A DNA stretch of 64,000 nucleotides from Diplonema japonicum (taxonomy: Eukaryota > Protista > Euglenozoa: Diplonemea): NCBI GenBank assembly GCA_964019335.1, contig OZ025655.1, forward strand, positions 558,001-622,000. Direction: 5' to 3'. Under the pieces are notes generated by a model. It was given only the letters and a program-made list of their open reading frames with translations. It did not search any database and was not told the DNA's origin. Positions 35,901-44,965 of this stretch are shown one piece after another; position 1 is the stretch's first letter, and the number at the start of each line of letters is the position of its first letter. The position numbers and the translations under genes were made by a program.

Positions 35901-38900
35901 CGAAGCTCGTCGTGCATTTCATGTTCGCAGTCAATCTGTCGTCGATCGCGTCCTCCCTCATCAGTATCAGGAGCTTGAAGCCCTTCACCACCTTCACCGT
36001 TTTGTTGTGGATGTCGTTGATTACGGACCGCATCCAGTACTTCTCCAAGTCTGCTGATGTCACATCCTGCATCACAATGACACACGCCTCTTTCATCACA
36101 GACGTTACACTCTGCATCGCACTCTCCACATACGGGCTACTCAGTATGCGCAAGGCTGTCGTTGTGTATCCTTTGAAAGAGAAAAAAAAAGTTGGGAACA
36201 CACCATTCCCGCAGGACGCTTTCAAACAGCACATAGCCACCTTGTGTGGGTCACGTACAAACACCACTTGGTTCGGAGAGCACTGGGGTTTGTATTGTAC
36301 ACTGCAAATAGGAACGCATACCTTTATCGCGATGCACGGGAGAATCAAGCTATCAGGGACGCCTTTTTCCTTCCATTCTTGGGTGTCGCTCCGCATCACG
36401 ATGTCCTTGTAGATGGCAGCGGGGTTGAACTCCTCATCGAAGTCCACCCTATTCACCCGGAGGACCTTTTTGCACCTGTTTATCAACGTCGTGCGGTTCT
36501 TCAGCCCAGCACCCCATGTCACAACCGCCATCAACAGTAGCGCGTTCCCTTGACACATCCGAGAGTCCTCTTCGATCTTGGTCAGAACCTCTCTCCACTT
36601 TACTTTGCACCGTGCCCACTGTGAGTTGGTGAAAAGTTATTTGATTTACTAAGACACACCTCGTTCTCTTCGGTGAAGGCTTCTACTGAAGCCAAACATC
36701 TCTGGTACTTCATCTTCTGAGCTTCGTTGGTAGACAGGAGATCTTTGAGGACCTCCTCGGATAGAGTTGCCATCTTGCTGCAGGTTATTGCCGTTGTAGA
36801 TATGTTGTAAGTGCACTGTGTCCCTTCTGTGAGATATGCCTTACACGCCTCGTACAACTCTATCACAACATCGCCTACCTCCTTGCTGCACACGTCCGCT
36901 ACGCACATTCTCAAGTGCTGCCTGTCGAACCTGAACAATGTTAGCGGCGTGAAGTGCGTCTGCAGTGGGGCATGTCTCTCCAGAACTCGTCTAAACATAT
37001 CCCCCTCCGGATCCTTCACAACAATAAAGTGCAGCGCAGCCAACAGACTCTGCCTTACCATTTCCCTGACACGTTCCTTCCCGTGGTATCCTTCTCCCCT
37101 CCCGTCCAGCACCTTCCCTATCGCCATTGCTATGCTGTTCCATTCATGAGGAGAAAACAAGCCCATCACATCTCCGTGTTTGATCAGCGCGCCAATATCA
37201 CTGATGCACTCTTCTGGCAGGTTGTGTTCTTCAAGCAGCACAACGCAAGGTTTGTTAGAGATGAAAGCGGTGATGCAGACTTGTTTCAGAACCTCACGCC
37301 AGTCATTGAACGTGTGGTACGCAGAAAGCTGCGGGCAGAACAAATGTGCATCGCACAAGAAAGCTGCAAGGGCGATCTCGTCGATATTGCTTTCAGCCGT
37401 CTCGCTCAACAGCAGCGCGTGCCCATTCTTGACGCGGAACACCCTCAGCAGCTGTGTGAGGTTGTGCAGCACTGCTGTGTCATCCTCTTTTAGCAGCTGC
37501 TGCAGCATCTTCTGTTTCTGTTTTTTCTCCTCCGATGGGATCGCTTGCATGTACTTCTCCGAACCCTCCACCAGTGCAGTGCACCAGATACTTCGTGACT
37601 TGAAATCCCTGTAGTTCTCTATCCCGCCGAACCACAGCTCGGTTCGTTGTTTCATAATTTGCTTCTGCGTAAAATCCTGGAAGCTCCTCAGAACATTGTC
37701 CCAAATGGTCTGCTCCACCCACCGACGCTCCTTGCTGTCGGGTTCGAACCTGCCGGCAAATGAGAAGTTACACTCATTCACGAACAGTCGGATGACGTCC
37801 TCCGTGTGCACTGTCAGGTGCGGCGTGCTTTGGTAGATGCCTTGCAGTACAGACTGCATGCTTGCCAGAGTCCAGATATACTTCCCGCTCATCTCGGGTC
37901 TGTATTTCCTTCGCACGTCAACGAAGCTTGAGACCAGTGCCTGTGCCAAGGGACGTGCCAATGAAGAAGACTTTAAAAAAGCATTCTTTTTTGCCCAGGT
38001 GTCAAGTACTCCTTCCACGATCTCAACTAGTTCATCAGGCTGTGGTTCCACGATAGAGACACAATGGAAGCCTTGCAGCTCCCTGTCAGTAAATTGTAAT
38101 AGTCCTGTAGAGTCGACAGTGGCAGCAAAGGCGACGTCGTGGACGGTTAGCAGCTCGTTGGAGTAGGGGTCGTACCAGCCTTTGTTGTCGCGCAGCTGTT
38201 TGATGAATTCAAGGCAGTCTGCTCCCGCCAGCTCTAGTCCCTCTAGCAGGACTGTGAGAGGCTTGTTCAATTTGTCGGGCAAGCGGATGATGTTGTCTCG
38301 CGACTTCTGTAGCTTGGCACCGACTGTCGTCTCGATGTTCCGGGGGGTAGTGTTGGCACAGTAAATTGGCGTGCTGTGCCTTAAGGACTTGCTTAAAATG
38401 CTCAACTTCGCAGTTGCAGGGGGACCCACCACCAACACATTGATGCCCTTGTCCGTAAGGTGTGTCAGCATCCACAACAACCGCACCGAAGTCGTGACTG
38501 GCATGAATATTTCTGTGAGGTTGATGGGGCTCTTCTTTTCTTCAACAGGTAACGATGACCACCGCACCCATTCCCTCGCTTCCACATCGTACAGGTAGTC
38601 AAAGACAAGACCTAACTCGTCACCCATGGGCATCGGGAACCTTGCTGTCACACCTTTGTCAATGATGAGATTTCGGAAGAATTGGTTGAAAGACACTCTC
38701 TGTGCCTGTCCTACTGCCAATGCCGCCCCAAAGGACCAGACGCACGAGAACAGAATAATAGGTTCCACCACGGCTTCGACAAGTCCCTGTAGTGTGTCAA
38801 AAGACATAGCAAGCATACCTTGTCCACATCAACTGAGTACCGCGTGTTCTTCCTCTTGTTTTTGAAGCCGTTCATCACATTGAAGCAGCTGGTCACCAAG

Positions 38901-41808
38901 TTGGAACAGTTCAAAGGAAAGAATGCAACGGCCTTTTCCTTGGGGTCCTAAGGTGCGATTGGAAGTTTTGTAAGTCTCTGCATACCTTGTCGTGATTCCA
39001 GTCCCGTACAAGACCAGTGTCCTGTGCCCAGTTCATGAGGGGCGGCACGATATTCGAGAGTATCTCAATGACCAGGTTCTTGTATCTTGCAAGGAAGAAG
39101 TTTGGATCGAGGGCGTGGCGATTGATGTAGTCGGCAGCAGAGAGGGTGTCGCTGTCGGTGCAGATGAGCCAGCAGAGGTCGGAGAGCTCTTTAGGGATCT
39201 CATCTTCAGTGCCGAACTCGAAGATGATAGAAAGGTTGGCTGGGGCTCTGATGACCTCACCTGTCTCGAGCGTGAGACACCTGTCAGAGGGATCTAGGAT
39301 TGGGAAGATCATGGACAAGACCTTTGGGCTGGGCTTCCCATCGAGGACTATCCACTGCTGTTCATTTTCCCGAACCGTCATCTTCCTGAAGATGTGTGTG
39401 AAGGGCCCGTCATTCCATTCGTTGAACACATCAACCTTCCCGAACAGCGTCTCTGGTGTGAATAAGCTTACGTTGATGAGCTTACAGACTGCCTCGGGCA
39501 TTAGCGCTTCATGCACCGTTCGCCAGATAGTCGTCTTTCCCGAAGCAGGTGGGCCTTTCAGGATCACTGCCGCCCTGCATTTTGTGGCTTCGAAAAGCTG
39601 CTCGCACTTAGTGACAAATAGTTTTCCGTTACTCAGATTCTTCGAGTCCAAATACACTTCAAGTTCTTCCTTCGTATGTTCCACAAGCGACAGCTGATCG
39701 TCGGGCCCGGGGATGTCCATGCCCTCAGTCGCTCCGAAGCAGGCGCGCAAAATGTCCATTACCGTATCGTACTTGGAGGAACTGATCTGCCTCAACAACG
39801 TTTTCAAGAAGCTGTTCACGACCGCCATCATAGGGTGCTCGCAGATGGGGAGAATTTGAACAATGTGCTCAAGGGTCTGGAGAAATTGCTTCAGGGTGTT
39901 TTGAATATCAAGTCCGAGATCTGAATATGCGAGCCTCTCCAGCACTGAGGCTGAATATCTAGAAAGCATCTCTGAAGATGACTCGTCGGCACCGTTGAGA
40001 TAGAAGTTAACGCACAGCACAGTTTCCATGGGCACAAGCGGCGTGGCTATGGGCGGCAGGGCCTTCTTCAACAATTCAATGCTGTGCCTGGTGACGTCTG
40101 TCATCTTCCTCCCCGACAGCAGTCCGAAGACGCCGAAGGTACGGCTTGTGACAGGGACAACTTTTCCCTCGAACTGGTACGTCGGCGACTGGCTGGTTAT
40201 GGCAGACTGCGTGGCCGTGACCCCTTCACTAATAATGCCCAGTATCGCAGGGTCCAGCAAATCAATGTCTTCGAAGATGAGCCACATGCCAGACGCAAAG
40301 GTGCCTGTCAGGAGCCTAGCAATCGTTGCATGAGAGGCCTCGCTGTCACACTGCACCACTTGCCACTTCTTGCCCATCATCTGTGCCAGCTCTGTTAAGA
40401 ACTCTTTCGGAGAAAATGCAGGCATCAAATTGCGATTCATGTTGTAGCAAGGCGGGTACATCACGCACCCCATGTGCCCTGTGTGAAAGGCATGCATCAC
40501 GGATGCAATGACTTCTTCGGCTTCTGAGCCGAGCACTGTTCTATGCAGTACGCCTGTGTACTCTCCGTGGAAGTCATAAGTTGCCTGGAGCTGTTGCATG
40601 TATATTCTGGCCCAAGGCTCTTCTTCAGCGTTGGCGGGGGCGGCGTCTAAGTATTCGATGTCATCGTTGATGTCTCCCGGGGAGATCATGTCTAGGTACC
40701 ATCGGGGCTGTTTCAACCAATGTATTGAGTTCCTTTCTTTTACGTTCTCGCTGATCAACGTGGAGATCGTCTTCCTGATGCGCATCAGCGTAGCAAGTAA
40801 CAGCTTGACACGTTGCATTTTGTTCCCGCAGCGCACCCAATTCAAGACGTCGGCCACCATCTCATTGACAGTGTCGAGGATACGGCGAAACTCCTTCTGC
40901 ACCATTTCGCTGTGGCAGTTGATCTGCGTGTGGAGTTTGAAAGTTGTCTCCACCTGTCGTGTAAACTCGATCTGGACAGCAAGAAGCATGCATTGAGCCG
41001 GACGGAGCATCGCCCAGTGTCTCAACCCAATGTCGTAAAACGACTCTAATGCCTCAACGGTTTTCTGCCTTATGGTGCTTTTCATCTGACTCTCGAGGTC
41101 GGCCATCCACGTGTGGAAGGCACTCGATGTTGGAACAGGTTTCAAAAGAGGGATCTCTTCTCCATCCTCGCAGCAGATGCGGGTTATGCACTCGTCGGGA
41201 TCGCAATACACGTAATGGAAACAGAACAGCCTGCGGAAGAATTGCTGCATGTCATGCAGTCCCGCCGTTCTGGACATGGATATGATGGTGAGGACTTCGT
41301 CGGAGGAACAGAAGTACAGCCTGTTGATCTTGGTTTGGTGCTCTGCAACAATGTCACCCAGACCCAAGCAGAGGTTTTCGAAGTCATGGTTCATTTTCGA
41401 CATTTTGCTCTTCCATTTCTCGTCGACTAAGGTGCGGACATGGTTCTGCTTGTGCCGAAGCAAGTTCATGGCGTCGTCCCACTGCGTGAGGACAGAACCC
41501 TCCTGTGCGCCGTGGAAGAGGGGACGTAGATAGAGAACCTGCGACTGGCATCTCCCAAACTTCTCGAGGACATCATTGAGAAGCGACAAAGAGTTTCCCA
41601 ACTCAAGCAGTGCGTCTCTGTCTTCTATGCGTGTCGCCGTCTCGCTGCGCAGATCGTTCACAATGATAAGAGTGTCATCAATGAATCCAAAAGCTCTGTC
41701 AAAAGAGTTCACGAACTGCACCCCATCCCGCTCCTTCACCTCAAAGCACAGTTTGTCAAGCCGATCGTACAGCCCTATCAGCACTTGCTTCGCCTCATGC
41801 TGTGCCAT
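32992..41808 (-). CDS. Divergent dynein heavy chain-like protein (~2,832 aa), tail-less and stalk-less
   Basis: Linker (RLYFCSSDEVL, EDGEEIPL), EYTG, AAA2 GPPASGKTT/EWNDGPF/WIVLDG/LTLETGEVI, SCVWSFGA, PHKNFKL, IYGARLS, C-terminal IHVTGIYAKGAAWN. Introns 38948-38985, 38787-38818, 36619-36659, 36283-36321, 36156-36203, 34066-34104, 33954-33999 and 33724-33758 give 8,499 nt in frame. Confidence 0.88.
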
Positions 41809-42024
41809 CCCTCTGTTAGTAAAAATAGAGACGATACTGTTGCAAAAAAAGGGGGGGGAGAAGAATATATGAGTTAAAGGAAGTCTTTGTGAGATGCCCC
41901 CTTGGAAGAACAAACAGCTATCCCCCAAAAGAAGTTCGAAAGGCTTGGCTAGGGAAAGAAATAGAACATACAAGGTCTATTTTTTTTTTTTTCGCAGAAG
42001 AAAGAAAAAGGGGGTAACATCATA

Positions 42025-44892
42025 TCAGCAGTGAGCAATATCAGTGCCAGTGACAGGAGTGGACGAAGTGTTGCATATAAGCCGCCCGTTTGGGTACATC
42101 ATATCTGTATAAGCAGCGTCAGTGGGCACATTGATCATATTGAGAAAGACGTCGGCGACGACGGTAGTGCAAGAGGGGAGGAGGGTGAGCTCTAGCCATT
42201 GGTGTGCTTCCACGGCGTTGGTGACAACGGGCTCAGAAGGGTTATGTCCAGGACCGAATGTGTATCCGCCTCTGTATCGCACATCGATACCGAGTGCCTT
42301 GGCGAAGGGCAGTAAGTAGAACGCCAGCACAGACGATCCCCCATGACACTGCACCTGCCCGTAGCTAGCTATCTTTCCAAGATCATCAGTCCGCCCTATC
42401 CTGTTCCTGTCAACACCCGTTGCAAACGTGGTGGTGTTTAAGCTGTTCCTGATGAGCTGCACGCACTTCATCTGCACTTCTGCGGTGTCCTTGGCACCGA
42501 AGTCTAGTCTATCCACTAAACCCCGTAACTTGAATGCGATCTCCGTCACTTTCCCCGCCACTAATGGTGAGTCGTACGACCCCCGCATCCCGTCCTCGAA
42601 GAGGTAATACTCCCGTGACCCTTCCCCACCTGTTGTCGAGAAGACATGTGGCTGGTTCAGACGGTGCACACTCTCCTTGCTGACTGTGATGAGCTCCTCG
42701 CCACCATCCGCGTGCTGCACTGCTACGTCGTAGTGATTGTCTTCCGGACGTGTACTGACGATCACACCATGGTGCGTAACGAACTTTTCGCCGCCTTTCC
42801 CGTTCGCTTTCCCGACGTACTTCATGTACGTGTCGAGCTTGAACCTGATGTCAAGACCGCTTGTTTCTACTAATACCTTCCTTCCCTCGTAGTACTTGGG
42901 GGACTCGTCCAAGATGTCCATGTTCTTCGGGGGCTGTAACCATATCCCAAGGTTGCACAGTGCTACGCCGTCTTGGATAGTCTTCGGCGTCAGCTTCGGC
43001 AGACGTGCAAACTGCGCACAAGTACTGTTTGAGGTCACAGCGTCCTTGAAGATCTGCTCCATGTCACTGCTCTCCATCCACACGCGGAACTCCTCCACAG
43101 CTTTTTGATCAGCATCATGTGCAGGTGCTACGCCCACGTCACCTCCCAAGGCCACTTGGTTCACGATGGTCACTTTGTTGCCACTTGTAGTCACGCCCTC
43201 AGAGGTGGGCGCTGTCGCTATTTTGGCTGCAGTTGCAAAAGGATCCTTCCCGCTCAGAAAGGTTACCACTGGCACCGATAGGACTTCGTATCTACTACCA
43301 TTTTGACCGAGCTTCTCAGCGAAAATATCAACTTTTGGGATTGATTTTGCCAAAGGCTGCCACTTCTTCCAGTTGTGGAACTGGTCGTTCGTGAGCCACG
43401 CGATCAACGTCTTGGGTCTGAGCGTGGCGAGCTCACCTTTTTTGACTTCCGCATACGACGGCAGCATGGACACAATAGATTTGACCCTTAAGGGGTGACG
43501 CAAACCTATCGACAGCACGATGCCAGCACCCCAGTCATATCCCATGAAGTGTGCCGCGTTAATATCGAGTGAGCGCATGACAGCCATAGTGACGTCGACG
43601 GGTCCACCTTCATCGTTGTTGTACTCGCTGCGTGACTTCCTCGGCTCGCCTGGTGAAGAACCGAAACCGGGCTGGTCGATGGCAATGGGCCACAGCTTAC
43701 AATATACCAGTGCAGGGAACCAGTGCTCGTACTCAGCAGCTGAGCTGGGGCAGCCATGCAGCAAAAACACAACATCGCCCTTTCTCTCCCCCACGGGCCT
43801 CACCGTGTGGATAGGGCCCAGTTTCGTCTTAACGACCTCCGAAGTGGTGGCCACACGGCCCTTCAACCACGGGATGACTCTGGGCGCTTCCCTTTTGATG
43901 CTTTTCTTCTTCTCGACACGTACAATTTTCTTCGGTTTGTTTTCAATCCTTCCACATGCAGTTGCAAACTTCAGTGTGCACCTCGTTTCAAAAGCCGCCT
44001 CCTGCGCCGGCGACACGGTAGCTATAACCACCGTACGGCAGTCACCACCGAGGCTCTCTTTCAACAGGCGTGTGAGGGTAGAGTTCCTGTACGGCACGTG
44101 TGGTGACTTATCGAGAAGACGATGCACCACATCAATAAGGTGGAAAAGAGAGCTGCTGATGGTTTTCGCTTCTTCAAGCCGCTCACCTGTGGCGCCGGAC
44201 GCTTTGACCTTTTCGCTTCCCGCCAAATCCACAACGTTGAGTTGAGTATTTTCCGATAGAGTGAGCTGGATAATAAGATGGCTTCGGCTGCTCACTTCGT
44301 TTAAATTAGTCGCACCTGTAGCCCTCCTGGACCCTGCAAGTTTTATCAGACGCTCAGCCTCCTTCGTTGTAGTAAAAGGCACGACAGTGGCACCCTCCAC
44401 GGTGACGCTTGTATCGGTTGTCTTGAGCTTAAGATTAGGCGAACTGGGGGAGAGAAGGTCGGAAAGGTTCTCTTTGTAAATCTGAAAAATGGAGATGGAG
44501 GGTTCTGGCTCTACTTCGAGGATGGTGTCGAGGATCCTGCTAGTGAGGTGTGTGATGGTGTGCGTTTTGCCGGACCCCGACTGGCCGTAGGCAAAGATAG
44601 TTGCATTGTACCCATCGAGGAAGGAGTCCACCGCCTCGCGCACGGGGCTGTTGTAAACGTCCTCCTCCGTGCAGTCGCCCTTGAGGGCGGTGTCGAACTT
44701 GAACTCTGTGATCTCCGATGAGCCTTCACCCTCACTGTTGATCATAACAGGCACGCCGTTCTTGCTGCCGACGTATACCTTGTTCGTCTTCTCGTCAACA
44801 CCCACACAGCAGACCACCCTCCCATTCACAACTTCTCTTTCCAGAGACGGTCGTACCCTCAACATCACCCTGATCTGTGCATCCTTGCCCAT
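42025..44892 (-). CDS. Kinesin motor + alpha/beta-hydrolase + transglutaminase-like fusion (955 aa, intronless)
   Basis: Kinesin motifs GQSGSGKT, NEVSSRSH, DLAGSE, HVPYRNS. Hydrolase motifs LLHGCP, IDQPGFGSS, GYDWG. TGL motifs GQVQCHG, LGIDVRYRGG, AHQWLE, VADV. Confidence 0.9.
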   Translation of the reverse strand: MGKDAQIRVMLRVRPSLEREVVNGRVVCCVGVDEKTNKVYVGSKNGVPVMINSEGEGSSEITEFKFDTALKGDCTEEDVYNSPVREAVDSFLDGYNATIFAYGQSGSGKTHTITHLTSRILDTILEVEPEPSISIFQIYKENLSDLLSPSSPNLKLKTTDTSVTVEGATVVPFTTTKEAERLIKLAGSRRATGATNLNEVSSRSHLIIQLTLSENTQLNVVDLAGSEKVKASGATGERLEEAKTISSSLFHLIDVVHRLLDKSPHVPYRNSTLTRLLKESLGGDCRTVVIATVSPAQEAAFETRCTLKFATACGRIENKPKKIVRVEKKKSIKREAPRVIPWLKGRVATTSEVVKTKLGPIHTVRPVGERKGDVVFLLHGCPSSAAEYEHWFPALVYCKLWPIAIDQPGFGSSPGEPRKSRSEYNNDEGGPVDVTMAVMRSLDINAAHFMGYDWGAGIVLSIGLRHPLRVKSIVSMLPSYAEVKKGELATLRPKTLIAWLTNDQFHNWKKWQPLAKSIPKVDIFAEKLGQNGSRYEVLSVPVVTFLSGKDPFATAAKIATAPTSEGVTTSGNKVTIVNQVALGGDVGVAPAHDADQKAVEEFRVWMESSDMEQIFKDAVTSNSTCAQFARLPKLTPKTIQDGVALCNLGIWLQPPKNMDILDESPKYYEGRKVLVETSGLDIRFKLDTYMKYVGKANGKGGEKFVTHHGVIVSTRPEDNHYDVAVQHADGGEELITVSKESVHRLNQPHVFSTTGGEGSREYYLFEDGMRGSYDSPLVAGKVTEIAFKLRGLVDRLDFGAKDTAEVQMKCVQLIRNSLNTTTFATGVDRNRIGRTDDLGKIASYGQVQCHGGSSVLAFYLLPFAKALGIDVRYRGGYTFGPGHNPSEPVVTNAVEAHQWLELTLLPSCTTVVADVFLNMINVPTDAAYTDMMYPNGRLICNTSSTPVTGTDIAHC

Positions 44893-44965
44893 CTTGTGTA
44901 CCTGATATAATCAAATTGCTACGAGCATTCTAAATAATTGGGGGGAATGAAATTCATGATCGTGC

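Noticed and set aside
21789-41973. Split ORFs suggesting pseudogenes, frameshifting or stop-codon reassignment
   Set aside because: Every break is explained by a short GT-AG intron that restores the frame under the standard code.
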